A DNA stretch of 47,286 nucleotides from Octopus sinensis (GCF_006345805.1 NW_021834521.1:1-47286); one strand, 5' to 3'; positions 12,536 to 25,641 are shown, counted from the first letter of the stretch. A program made the numbers and translations. Notes: generated by a model from the letters alone, not told the origin.

Positions 12536-12759
12536 GCAAGATTTAAATACGAGCTACTATAAGTTTCACGCCTTCAAAAATAGTATAGAATTGTATAGCA
12601 TTGTATAGCGTGCCGTGAAGTATATACGCACGTGTGTCTCTGTGTGTGTGTATGTATGGCTTGATTGATTGATTCTTAGTCACAGAGCTAAGATATCTGT
12701 GGATTAAAAAGAAAACCAGAAGAACGCAATGCTTTCGGTGAATGTGTTATTTCGTATTT

Positions 12760-12824
12760 CGTCTTGCATCTTGCAAGATGTTTCGTCAAGTAGCAGCAAC
12801 GCTGCTTCTAGGATCATCAGAGAT
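12760..12824 (-). ncRNA. Highly degenerate hammerhead-like motif
   Basis: Minus: CTGATGA, then a 13-bp imperfect hairpin (core AGCAGC/GCTGCT), then GAAA and palindrome CATCTTGCAAGATG; U16.1 absent and stem I only 3 bp. Confidence 0.25.
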
Positions 12825-13330
12825 TTGGAGATAAGTAAGCAATACTTTTTAATACCTGATCAGTGTTGCGTGTGGTTCAATCGTGCATGATTGTAAGTCT
12901 ACGTGTCGGCATGTATGTATGATAATGCGTAAAATCCAAACATTGTTTATCTGGAGATAGGGAAGTTCAAGAAGGATGTAAAACAATGGTGACTCTTAGT
13001 ACCTTGTTCTGCCTTATTACTCAGTCCACTCCCCCTTCCTTCTTAACTTCTTTCTCCAACTGTATTTTTATAGCATTTACATCTTTACTCCTCCTCTATC
13101 TATCTCTCTGTTTATCTATCTACTTATCTACTTACGCCACTCTCTTTGTATTTCAATGTGTGCATGTACATGTATATGTAAATATAAATGTGTGTCTTCT
13201 TCTTCTTCTCTTCCTTCTTCATCTCCTCCTTCTCTTCCTCCTCCTCTCCTTCTTCTCCATCTTCTCTTCTTCTGCTCCTTCTTCTACTTCTCTTCTTCTT
13301 TGTAATCTCCTCTTCCTATCTCTCTTTCTA

Positions 13331-13365
<35 letters not shown>

Positions 13366-14221
13366 GATAGCTTATCGGCCTGTATGATAATAACCGGTCC
13401 TTTTTTTCCTTTACCATTGGTCGTTCTTAGCTTTCACTCATTCTCACTCACTCTCACTCACTCAGTGAGTCACTCAGATCACTAATTCCCCCCCTTCCCC
13501 TCTCTCAATCTCTCTCTTTCTCTCTTTTGCTCACACACTCGTTCACTAACTGCCTCCCTCTCTCACATCTGCATTGACTAACTTCGTCACACGCATACAC
13601 ACACATACACACACTCTATTTCTTCCTCTCTTCAACTCTCTCTTTCTCTCTCGCTCTCTTTCTCTCTCATTGTAAAAATACTCAAGAATACAGACTGTTC
13701 AACTGAACGGATCATTCCACACCATTTAACACTGTTCCTTATATATAACTGACTACAGCACTACATCTCTATCAACACCTTCCTCCATCTCCCATTTCCT
13801 CAACATTATCTTTCTCTTCCTCTTCTTCGTCTCTTTCCGCGCGCTTCACCACCACCACCTCCTTCTACTCCTTCGCCTCCTCCACCATCGCATCCGCCGC
13901 CGCCAGTACAATGGCCCACATTAATAGCACCACGCTGCTACTTCTCCTACCACCACTACCAATACTCTACACCATCACCACCACCACCAACACAAATCAT
14001 CACTTCTCCTTTATTGAACCTACTCTAACTGCCCCTCTCTTCTTTCGGATCAATGAGTGAGCGAATTTAAACAAATAATGCACATCCATACGCGTATAAA
14101 TACACACACACACACACATACACCACACATACATCACACACACAGACACACACACACACACAAACACACACAGGTGTATTTATTTAATGTATTGAATGCA
14201 TGTACATAAATACCTGTATAA

Positions 14222-14375
14222 TAATCCTTTCTACTATAGGCACAAGGCTTGAAATTTGTGGGGAGGGCTAAGTCAATCACGTTGACTCCAGTGCATGACC
14301 GGTACTTGATTTATAACTCCATCCCGAAAGGATGAAAAGCAAAGTCGAACACGGTGGAATTTGAACTCACAGCAT
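14222..14375 (-). mobile_element. SINE family C, 5'-truncated
   Basis: ggcacaaggc...ccagtgcatgaccggtactt...cccgaaaggatgaaaagcaaagtcga...ggaatttgaactc. Confidence 0.85.
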
Positions 14376-14384
14376 TTATGACTT

Positions 14385-15360
14385 TGCCATTGATTTCACC
14401 TTTTTTTACAACTGCAGTTGCTGCACTTCACTCATACTGTTCAACCTTGGTAATTATGTTTGAATTGTTTTGCTCTCCTTCGTAACAGAATGAAGCTTCA
14501 TACGTCTTTCATAGTTTTCAACGAGCTTTAACATTCAATCGTTAGATGTTTCAAGATACTTTACCAGTCCAATTGTGGTGGTTTTGTTGGAGATTTCAAA
14601 TTGGATCAAGCCCTGACATCCTTGAGCTCTGAGTAGGTAAAGACAATCTGCGTCTGCCTTTAGGTGGTGCATCTCATTGAAAGCCAGCACCTTACGGATT
14701 TACCTGTCAATCTTCCTTATTTCGCTCATATTCCAGTTCAAAACATTGAAACTGTAAATAACACTCCTTCCTGATCTTCTCTTTCATACTTGTATATTGA
14801 ATGCCAGATCCCTCATTTATTCTGAGGTTTTTGTAAGTTTGTTCCTGCTCGAGTTCTTTTATTAGTGTATCAACATCCAACACCACTGATTGTGAAGTCT
14901 TCAGTTTCCCTTTCTGGAAAGTGGTCTTGGCACATTTATCAAGACCAAATTCCATCCTGATGTTATCATTGAATGCTTTCATAGTACGTAGTAGTCCTTC
15001 AAGCTCATTATCGTCTTTGCCATAGAGTTTTATGTCATGCATATAAAACTTATTTTCTTGTCGCTAATTTTATATCCATACTCTGTTCTGTTGAGTTCAG
15101 TTGTAATGGCTATGCAGACAATTGAAGTTGAGAGTGAGTCACCTTGGAAAATGCCGTAGTTGATATTAATATTTTTATGTGATCAGTACTCCATTAAAGT
15201 GGTATAATTGGAGATTCGTATTCCACACTGACATGTTGTGCTTCAGGAGTCTTGAAATCAAAGGAGAAATTTTGAAGATATCCAGCGATTTCAAGATCCA
15301 TGAATGCGTTATACTGTCGAAAGCCTTTTTATAATCTGTCCATGCAGAACTGAGATTTGA
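14385..15360 (-). mobile_element. R4/Dong-type (RLE clade) non-LTR retrotransposon RT fragment, pseudogenised
   Basis: Minus translations SAWTDYKKAFDSITHSWI, GIFQGDSLS, MHDIKLYGKDDNELEGLL..MEFGLDKCAK, and a frameshifted HHPKAD..GLIQFEISYKTTTIG region. Confidence 0.92.
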
Positions 15361-15371
15361 ACCAGATAGAG

Positions 15372-15450
15372 TCACCGAGAACAATGTCGTAGCGGTTAAG
15401 CGCATGGGCTACTAACATCAAGATTCCGAGTTCGATTCCAAGCAGTAACT

Positions 15451-15501
<51 letters not shown>

Positions 15502-15545
15502 GTAGTAGTAGTAGTAGTAATAGTAATAGTAATAATAATAATAAC

Positions 15546-15595
<50 letters not shown>

Positions 15596-15618
15596 TGATG
15601 ATGATGATGATGATGATG

Positions 15619-15661
<43 letters not shown>

Positions 15662-15665
15662 CAAC

Positions 15666-15714
<49 letters not shown>

Positions 15715-15850
15715 GTAATAATAATGATAATGATAATAAAAAATACTTAGGAATGAGAAACCAGGTTCGAAATTTCCCTAAGACACCTGATGAAGGTTAG
15801 ATGGTATACCAGACGAAACGTTGTGTTAACAACAAACAAAATGTTGCACG
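15372..15850 (+). mobile_element. SINE-like element: tRNA-derived head + (AAT/AGT/GAT)n + hammerhead-containing 3' module
   Basis: A box-like tgtcgtagcgg (15385) and B box gagttcgattcc (15428); microsatellite 15453-15740; hammerhead motif 15782-15827. That these form one unit is inferred. Confidence 0.6.
15782..15827 (+). ncRNA. Minimal type-I hammerhead ribozyme motif (Penelope-type, palindromic stem III)
   Basis: GACAC-CTGATGA-A-[imperfect stem II]-GAAA-CG-T-T-GTGTT. Intact core, stem I GACAC/GTGTT (4 Watson-Crick pairs + G.U), loopless ACGT stem III. Confidence 0.7.
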
Positions 15851-16259
15851 TTACAAAAAATAATGCAAGTCGATACTTTCCACTTTAACCTTGTATTTCA
15901 GTATTTCGGGCTTAGGACCCTTTCTTCTGGGAGTCTTTGGGAAAACGGTTGCAAGTTGCGTTAGTCACTATTTGAAATTTCTGGCCTTCCCGTTTTCAGA
16001 CCAGTCGTCTAAAGACGAGGAACGAGATACTTTGAGTAGCAGCCTGATTTGAATACATGTTCTGCTCTACCTGAAAGCGTTGGTTGCATATTTCGCTTAA
16101 TTACATTTCATATAACTATAAAAAAAAAATAGCCATCCGCAATATATGTGCGTGACTGTGTGTGTTTGTGCATGCATGTTTGCGCTTGAGTCAGAGCGTA
16201 TATTTCAAGTCAGATAACCAAAGACCGCGTACTCGTAATCCTGTTAGTACAATCTGTGC

Positions 16260-16645
16260 GTGGAGGCGCAATGGCCCAGTGGTTAGGGCAGCGGACTCGC
16301 GGTCGGAGGATCGCGGTTTCGATTCGCAGACCGGGCATTGTGAGTGTTTATTGAGCGAAAACACCTAAAAGCTCCACGAGGCTCCGGCAGGGGATGGTGG
16401 TGATCCCGGCTGTACTCTTTCACCACAACTTTCTCTCGCTCTTTCTTCCTGTTTCTCTTGTACCTGTATTTCAAAGGGCCAGCCTTGTCACACTCTGTGT
16501 GACGCTGAATCTCCTCGAGAACTACGTTAAGGGTACACGTGTCTGTGGAGTGCTCAGCCACTTGCACGTTAATATCACGAGCAAGCTGTTCCGTTGATCG
16601 TACCAGCTGGGACGCTCATCGTTGCAACCGACGGAGTGCTCCTCC
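16260..16645 (+). mobile_element. Full-length SINE family D with 12-bp TSD
   Basis: tggcccagtgg A box and gtttcgattcg B box; TSD tacaatctgtgc at 16248-16259 and 16646-16657. Confidence 0.95.
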
Positions 16646-16750
16646 TACAATCTGTGCATTGTCAGGCTTTCGGTGATTTAACCGGCAAACCCACTACACG
16701 TGCGTAAGTAAATGCGGAATTTTCTTACAACGGGCCTTTCTTTTAGACAC

Positions 16751-16903
16751 AAGCGTGGAAGTGCGGTAAGAAGCTTGCTTCGCAACTACACGGTTTGGGG
16801 TTCAATTCCCCTACGTGACACCTTGGGCATGTCTTCTACTGTAGTCTCGGGCCGACCAAAGCTTTGGGTGTATTTGGTAGATGGAAACTGAAAGAAACCC
16901 GTC
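16751..16903 (+). mobile_element. SINE module A only
   Basis: ggtaagaagcttgctt...gggttcaattccc...ccttgggcatgtcttctact...ggaaactgaaagaaacccgtc; no module B follows. Confidence 0.85.
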
Positions 16904-17566
16904 ACACACCAACACAAACACACACACACACACACGCATATATATAACATTTCTGGGATTCGTGAGTACCGGGTACTCAAATAGTGAAAGCACCAAAGTA
17001 GGGACGCTGATAGCGTGACTGTGTATATGTAGATATATGTACATATGCGTGCGTGTATGTGTGTACGCGCCTGCGTATCTTCGTGTGTGTGTGTGTGTAT
17101 GTGTGTGTTTGCAAACTCATAAATTAATGCGAATATGCGTATAATTACATTTGTATGTAAATGTACAGAGCAGAAAAATGCGCTCACTTGAAAGCTGAAC
17201 TTTTGTAGGTGACATTTTGCATTCTCTTTTGTTTTGTCTAGTTGTTTTGTGTTTTTTTTTCTTATTTTCAAGCAGTTGCTAGGTGTCTTTAATCAGACAG
17301 AAACTTGGACAATGCACACGGCTATAGGAAAAATGAAAGACTTTGAGTTGTGGATCTTTTGCAGGCTTAGCAAGATAATCTGGTAAGTCACGGTATCAAA
17401 TGCCTCAATACTAGTAAAGCTGAAAGCCAAGACAGCTATTTTCTAGAATCAAATCCACAAACCCCTCATAATTTGGTTATATAATGCGTCACATTTTACT
17501 GTCAGAGAGTCTTGAGTACAAGTAAGAGAGCAAGGGGTTGTCAAGAATGTTTGTGGACTGTCAGTA

Positions 17567-17960
17567 TCAGAGAATGGACTCAGAATAAAAATTCCGGTCG
17601 ATCGTGTGTATGCAGAACAGTAGATAGAGAACTGGATAGTCTTGCCAGCTGAACTTCAACAAAAGGAAAACACCTGACCGGTGGTTGATAAGTTTAACGG
17701 TCTTCGCATTGCACAAGTGTTCATCACAGCAAAAGTTCATGCTTTGGTGTATTTGTGCCACGCATTTTATTTTTTATTTTTTTTTTTTTTTTTTAGCACA
17801 ATAACGACTCGCAAGCTTTAAAGCTACAACAGAAAGTGGACACTGAAAGACGGCCACCTATGAAGTTCCCTCGCTCGTGAGGACAAACAGGAATACAATA
17901 GGTAGCAGCTATCATGATTCTGCTGACGCCCAGGTAACTGTGTCCTCCGTAGAAATATCT
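17567..17960 (-). other. Ly6/uPAR (three-finger)-like Cys motifs in two frames; possible pseudo-exon(s)
   Basis: Frame 1: YCIPVCP-x16-CCSFKACE. Frame 2: SRYCA..(stop in A-run)..KC-x10-CCDEHLCN, followed by a partly hydrophobic tail. Confidence 0.3.
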
Positions 17961-18102
17961 TATTTTTCTAAGAGGTCTTGTCATATTGTTGTAAGTACTT
18001 ATCAATATGAGAGCTCATCATAAGAAGGCACTACGTCTTTAAACGGAAAGGGAATAGATGGCAAAAGTCTGTCATATTCAATAACAACATTTTCTGATAT
18101 AA

Positions 18103-18351
18103 CAGTGGTTCTCAAGCGGGGTCCGTTTGGCCCCTGGGGATCCATATAAGATTTTGTTATTAAAAGTCATGTTCAATAAATGGGTTATACATCTACAATG
18201 CTCAAAATATTTTAACAATTTCTTTTATACAATTTCTAATAATGTTTAATTATAGAAATATATGATATTTTTAATCATCGCAAGGCTACGAGGGTCCATC
18301 CGAGTAAAATAGGAAAAGGGTCCTTAGACAAAGAATGGTTGAGAAACAATG
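18103..18351. mobile_element. hAT (Charlie-like) MITE
   Basis: Termini cagtggttctcaa ... ttgagaaacaatg form imperfect TIRs typical of Charlie-type hATs; 8-bp TSD not preserved. Confidence 0.7.
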
Positions 18352-19049
18352 GGCAAAAGGAAGACGGCAGGATGATCTTCAAGGCCTTAGCTGATAGGCG
18401 GACCTTCTTTACACAATTACTACGTATGTACATAGGCAGCAGGATCGAATTCTTCGTATTTGATTCTCGATTAGTCTGAGGCCACTGCATCACAACACAA
18501 CACAAAGAAAGGAGATGAAGGCTACGACAGTAAAAACGACAGCCAAATATCTTAATCTACAAAGATCGTCATGCACAATTACAGTTAAAATCTTTTAAAA
18601 ATGAGACAATGATTTCTAATACAGCTGACGTATATTGGTCACTTATACTGTATTACAGGCAGAAGACGATTGCAGCGGTAACGATTCATACTCTGAACAA
18701 ACTCTTGCGGATAAAGCTAAATTTCTTGCTTATTCTTTATGGCTTCTGTTTTCATTGAAGCATGTGATGGATCTACCAGCGAGAAAAGCCAACCAGTGAG
18801 AAAGTCAGTCAGACAGACACCTTTCACGTCTGACTTACCAACAATCTATCAATCACTCCGTGCAGTGTTGAAGTGTTTTAAGATCTCTTACTTATTAGAC
18901 CAGGTTTTCTCATTTCCTCCATCCTTTCTAAATACACACACACACACACACACACATGCACACACATGCGCACACACAACACACACACACACACACACCA
19001 CGCCACAAAACGCTACAGACACACGCACGCACGGACACAGATATAAAAG

Positions 19050-19420
<371 letters not shown>

Positions 19421-19733
19421 CATATGCGGTACAACTACCACCACCGCCGCCGCCACCACCACACACTATCTACTACTGCTACCACCTGGAACAAATTATC
19501 AAAGCACATGCGATTTTCACACCCCTACCTGGTTCGCTTTATTTTTCTTCTTCCTTTTTGTTATTATGATCTACAGGAGTTTCAACATAGAGATTCAACA
19601 ATATTGTTTAAGCCCTCTTGCGCTTCCTCCCCCTAGTTCTCCGCTTTCAGTCCATCTCTTTATATCTCTCATTCTTATCTCTCTCTTTTCTCATTCTGTA
19701 TTTTCCTTCCTTTATCTCTCTCTCTCTATCTAT

Positions 19734-19796
<63 letters not shown>

Positions 19797-20159
19797 CCAA
19801 CTTATTATCATTTAGTAATCTGTATATTCATCTATCTATATGACTATCTGTCAACTTTGTGGCTTGTATTTTCTTTACCCACCTCTTTCTTATGTTTTAC
19901 TTTTATTTTTCCTGTGTCGAATTCACCCCTCGGGGTTCTATGTCGTATCTTTGGCGAAGAGCCATCGTAAATCACAAACACACGTTCAGACTCATACTTA
20001 CATAGATAATACATACAATCATACATGCAAATACATAATTACACACACTCACAGATACATCCGCATATACATATATACACACACAAATGTACATATGTAT
20101 ATCAAAGCACATGCGCTTTTCACCCCACTATCTATGTGTGTATGTGTGTGTGTATGTGT

Positions 20160-20200
<41 letters not shown>

Positions 20201-20587
20201 CGTGCGTGCGTGCGTGTGTAATAATGTCAAAATACGCAAAAAGATCATGAGCGTAAAGGACAAATAAATACAAGGTTTAAAAAGATATGAAAATAAAATT
20301 ACAATATGGCTACGATAGATAGAAACAACATGCATCCTGGAACATCAGGGATCGTCATTTAACCATAACTTCTTTCCGCTGCCACTGTCTTTTTTGTATA
20401 TTTTTTTTATTGTTTTCTTTTGTAATTTATTTTCCAGCATTTCCATAACCTCGACGACATAGCATCGAAGAAACAATATGCATACATGTGTTTGTGTGTA
20501 AGTGTATTGTATGTATATTAAAATAAGAACGGTTAAAATTTAGGTACATTCACAAGTATAGCATAAGATGGAAAGAAAATGTGCAAG

Positions 20588-20663
20588 ATCACCTACGGGA
20601 ATTGAAACACGTATCTGTCGGATAACGTACGACTATGATAACCATTACGCCAAAGTCGCCAGC
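20588..20663 (-). mobile_element. Isolated tRNA-like SINE head
   Basis: Minus: tggcgtaatgg (A box) ... gtttcaattccc (B box); no intact cloverleaf. Confidence 0.5.
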
Positions 20664-20699
20664 TATTTTTTGTCCATCGAGTTTAGAACATGTATACAT

Positions 20700-21120
20700 A
20701 ATATTACAACAGCTGCCTTTGTTTACTTCCATTTGTAACGCACTAGCACGTAAACTTTGTTGGTATTTTTAAAAGACTCTTAGTCTCCATCTGGGAAGTT
20801 ATGTATGCAGAGATACACACACGTGAGGTTGACTTCATATCGCAAGAGCTGGTGTCCCAGTTCGGTGCCATTGTGAAGCATCTTACGCAAGCGTTCAGTA
20901 TTTTAATCACGGTTTTCCGAAAGTTTGGCTTAAAAATTGGAAAACGGATACTGTGCAGAGAACTAGACGCTAAGAAGATTAAGTCTACTCGGCTACTAGA
21001 CTTAATCCATTTTCCCCTTTCGCATAACCATCTCACTTTTGGGTGCCTTTTTCTGAAATCCACTCGTTTGATGTCTCCGATCCCAAGATAACATCCTCTC
21101 CGTCCCACAAGTCTCACATC
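20700..21120 (-). mobile_element. Decayed RTE-like LINE RT C-terminal remnant
   Basis: Minus FRKTVIKILNACVR, then frameshifted LHNGTE-W, resembles the RTE motif RKTKIRIFNACV..LLYG.ETW. Confidence 0.45.
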
Positions 21121-21883
21121 CCCTGTAAAGGATTATAGGTTCTACTTTCTCTCCTGATTAAATGTTAAATGTATATGTTGGTAAAATTATTCCAAAATTA
21201 TCACATGGAGCATTTTTTAATAACTCGAAACCACTGATGAGGGAAAACATTTAGTGTTACTTATCGGATATACTCTATTTTCCACCATCAAAATTTACAG
21301 TCAAAATCGAGGTAGATCCATGTTGAATGCAGCAGGATTCTGAAAGATAGTGGCGATGTTTCAATGTTTACACTGCATGGTTATACTGTATACTACGTCG
21401 GACTGTTTGCTTGAAAATATAGTGTGTGTCTCTCTCTGCGCAGTGCAGAGGCAAGTTACCTCCGCAAAAGCGTCGATTCGACAACCGTTTAATGAGTAAA
21501 ATATCGATAGGTGAAACCGGTGCAGAAAACCGTCAAAGAAACTGCTCTTGTCCTCGTGTGATAGACTTAATATGTCGCCTAATGTATCACAACAACCCAT
21601 ATCTACTGCTTCTCTTTAGTGGAGTCTATACGACAAGAATTTTTGCAAGGCCTCCAATAAAAGAACACTTCCTTTTTTACGTTCCAGGAATTTCAGAAAG
21701 ACTCTAAAATGCATCATCGACTCTGTTCTTTGTTCTCTGATTTTAGAAAATTGAAAATTGAAAGTGAGAGAGGAAACGACAGAGAAAAAGAGAGGACAGA
21801 GAGAGAAAAATAAAGAGAGAGAGTGTGTGTGTGAGAGAGAGAGAGAGAGTGTGTGTGTGTGTGTGTGAGAGAGAGAGTGTGTG

Positions 21884-21917
<34 letters not shown>

Positions 21918-22923
21918 TTGTGAAAGACGTTTGCTTGCTTTTCTGTTTAAAATATTTCTTTTGAAAACATGAACTAAGTTGACGTGTTTTTCTTGTCTAT
22001 TTTTACTTCGAATTTTTTTTATTTCTATCTATACATTGTCTTTATGTATATATATCCGTGCGTGTGTGTGTGTATGTATATATATATATTTAACATTTTG
22101 ACGAACAAAAAGAAGCTTGTGTCTTCTGCTCTTTATTCTCGAGTTTATCTTTGAAAACAAAAAAAAATTAATCTAAACCAGTCTACAAAAATTCAGTGGT
22201 CAAAATAGGTGCAACGATTTTGTTTCTTTTTTGTGTGTGCATGTGTAAGAATGGATCTGTATGATTTGTAGGTCAGGCTAGATTATAATTAATGACGTAA
22301 GACTATTATTTTTCGAGATTTATCGTCGAGAAACTAACTCAACAATACTAACCAGTCTTATAGGCGCCATTACGTATTGAATCATTTTGATACGCTTTTA
22401 ATAAGTTAATCAAAATCGACTTGAATTTCTCTCTATGGCCACAAATTACATTGGGATTAGAGGTTGTCTTTCTTCCATTCTTTCTCTTCTTTATGATTTA
22501 TTCAATAGAGTTTGTACGCATGAGAATGTAATCAGTGTATGTATATATATGTATGCTAGGGCGTCGAGAGGGGAGAGGACATTATTTACAAATAACGCAT
22601 CCAATTTAAACAATACAATATACATTGACAAGTAATAATCATAGCGTTATTTTGGAAATATCAAAACAGGATTTATATTAGTAGAGCAGCAGTGGATAAC
22701 GAGATAGGCAACGGCCATCCGCATTGAAATACATACGTTGATATTAATTTAGATTCCCTTCTCTGCTTGACCATATTCTATAATTATATTCTTTAATTAT
22801 AAACCGCCTAATAATGTCTCCATCTGGTGTGGCGTTGGTAACAAATTGCTGCAATAAGAATTCTTAGTATTATATATATATATATATATATATACATATA
22901 TAGCTATAGATATATATTACACT

Positions 22924-23021
<98 letters not shown>

Positions 23022-24211
23022 TTCTTCACAGCTAACATTAGTGATAGTAGATAGTAAACGGACCATCCTACACATAGATTCGTAATTATGTTAATCACTC
23101 AGTTTGGCAACAACTGTTAAGGGAGATAACTCACAAACTTTCCGTCTACAAAATAATTAAATGAAGATGTTCACAAAATATGGCTGATCTTTGAAAACTA
23201 TGAAGAAAAGTGCGATTCGGTTTTATTATACCTTTTCAAGTAACAGAAGTCGAAGTATTTTTCTTTTACCTTGATTAAACTGAACTATCATCAAATATGT
23301 TTCACTTATGGCCATACCATCATTTTGGTGGCATAATGCAGTCATGTGTAAACTGAGTCTCATGAGATTTCCTGAGTGGTGTGCCAACCAAAAATTACCA
23401 GGAAATTTTTGGTAGCGTGACCCTCCTGATGATGAGTCATGTTTCATATGACCCGCTTCATTGAAACGGCGGGCCGTGCCTGATATAATGTTACCAGGAA
23501 TGCAGCATTCTGCTTTCATTTCTTTTCTTTATTTAAGAGGTTAGAGTATGGTTCAAGGAAGACTTGTATCCGGTCGAGCGACTCACTACAGGCTCTCTCT
23601 TTTGCCTGACTATACACCATGGTTTTTATTTAGCTCCAGGTCAGATTTAGTCACACAGAACTGTGATCAAAGGGATTTAAACCATGGCTTTCCCATATTT
23701 TTACTATATGCAAAGAAATGGTGGAATCGTGATGGCAACAGATAGAATTCCTTGCGATTTTTTGCTCCAGCTCCTTTATGCTTTTGTCGAGGTCGATAAA
23801 AATTTTGGGTTTTAGATCGGCGGAACTCTAGACGTGTTTGGGTGCTTTGCGGTATTTGAGTCAGTTCTTTGCTTTCTGACTGCAAGTCCCGCCATGGCTT
23901 GTGTATGTGGTAGACTTAGGTCATCACTTGATTTCACATCACCCCTTGGCATGTTGTGTTCCTTTAGCGGACTCCATTCTATGGAAAACATTAATTCAAG
24001 GTCTCATGTGTAAGGATACTGTCCTTCTTCCCTTCTTCCCACCATCTTGGATGCCCAGTGTTTGCGGACACTATATTCCCTCATTATAAGACCAAGAAAA
24101 AGAAACTTAAGACAACATTATCTAATATATCATGTTTTAAAACGATAAGGTACTACTTGAAGATGATCTTGTTACTATTTCTAGCTTTCTGAACGAAGAC
24201 ATAGATGCTCC

Positions 24212-24510
24212 ATTGTTGTTTTGTGTGTTCCTTCTCGAGCCACGCCTGGCTCATAGGGCCAGTTTCCCGGTTTCCTTGGCGTATAGGTTCCCCACCTGAA
24301 CGGTTCGCCGGTCCGTCGCAGGTGAGCTGAAAGAGTGAGAGAAAGTTGTGGCGAAAGATTCAGCAGAAGTTGGCCATTACCTTCTGCGGGAACTGCGTGG
24401 TGCTTAGGTATTTCGCTCATAAACACACACATCGCCCGGTCTGAGATTCGAACCCACGATCCCTCGATCGCGAGTCCGCTGCTCTAACCACTAGGCCATG
24501 TGCCTCCACA
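24212..24510 (-). mobile_element. SINE family D variant with TSD
   Basis: Minus starts tgtggaggcacatggcctagtggttagagc; direct repeat gatgctcc at 24204-24211 and 24511-24518; tail ...ggctcgagaaggaacacacaaaacaac. Confidence 0.93.
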
Positions 24511-25229
24511 GATGCTCCGTAGTTAACCTATATACACGCCAACAGATTTTGCTGTGGTCACAGTCGAGAAAGACATGGAAACTGAGATCGTGTGCGATAG
24601 TTATTGTTCTCACATAACATAGTACGCGGAGATTATGTTTAAAAAGTATTAGCTATTGTTTTAGACAATTTAAAGAATGAAAAGTGTTGAGTCATCGCAC
24701 TTTTGTTTCCAATACGTGTATTGTTTCGTAAGCTATTTTCATTATTCAATTCATACTACAGCCTTAATAATCTTTCTTCTTTACCAGGCATGTTAAATTA
24801 AGGATTATCTCATTTAGTATTGTCATTCACTTTTAAGACAATACTAAATATTCCAATAAGGTTATCTTTAAATTTTTAGCACTTATGGACAAGGTTGAGT
24901 GTCTTTATCTGTATAGACACAGTAAAGAATACAGTGCAGCTGCAAGTGCCTAATGGTCTGAATCAAATAATTGTGAAATATTTAAAGAATATTCTTTTCT
25001 GCAGATATTCATTAAAAATATTGCGAAAATACTCATTATCTAGGATTCAAATAACTATCAAATTCTGGCATCTCTACATTGAGAACAAAAATCAAGGGAG
25101 TGTACCCTACGATTGCATGCTTTGTTGGAAATAGCATGCAAATCTTCAAGTCATATCCTAGAATTTCAAAAGAGGATACATTAGTAAGAGAGCCTCAACA
25201 ATAAAATAATAAGAAGAACAACAACAAAT

Positions 25230-25641
25230 AGGCGCAGGAGTGGCTGTATGGTAAGTAGCTTGCTTACGAACCACATAGTTCCGGGTTCAGTCCCACTGCG
25301 TGGCACCTTGGGCAAGTGTCTTTTACTATAGTCTCAGGCTGACCAAAGCCTTGTGAGTAGATTTGATAGACGGAAACTGAAAGAAGCCGTCGTATATATG
25401 TATTTATATATATGTTTATGTATGTGTATGCGTTTGCGTGTCTCTGTTTGCCCCCCCCCCCCCCACATCGCTTGACAACCGATGCTGGTGTGTTTACGTC
25501 CCCGTAACTTAGCGGTTCGGTAAAAGAGACCGATAGAATAAGTACTAGGCTTATAAAGAATAAGTCCTGGGGGCTCGATTTGCTCGACTAAAAGGCGGTA
25601 CTCCAGCATGTCCACAGTCAAAATAACTGAAACAAGTAAAA
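25230..25641 (+). mobile_element. Composite SINE A+B
   Basis: Near-identical module order to 5725-6135. Confidence 0.93.

Noticed and set aside
21037-21121. Minus-strand exon with good AG/GT signals (GCETCG... or DVRLVG...)
   Set aside because: It lies within or next to the stretch that resembles an RTE RT C-terminus. A TE remnant explains the long open frames more simply, and no host domain is recognisable.
21233-21345. C/D box snoRNA (TGATGA ... CTGA)
   Set aside because: No terminal stem, no internal C'/D' boxes, and no recognisable guide sequence.
23420-23485. CTGATGA...GAAA followed by an ACGGC-gg-GCCGT hairpin as a hammerhead
   Set aside because: The cleavage triplet would be GUG, there is no stem I, and stem II lacks its closing pair.
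23226-24090. Short ORFs or an exon candidate, and a weak Tc1/IS630-like LNP..W motif
   Set aside because: Similarity is too weak and interrupted by stops to assign a gene or a transposon.
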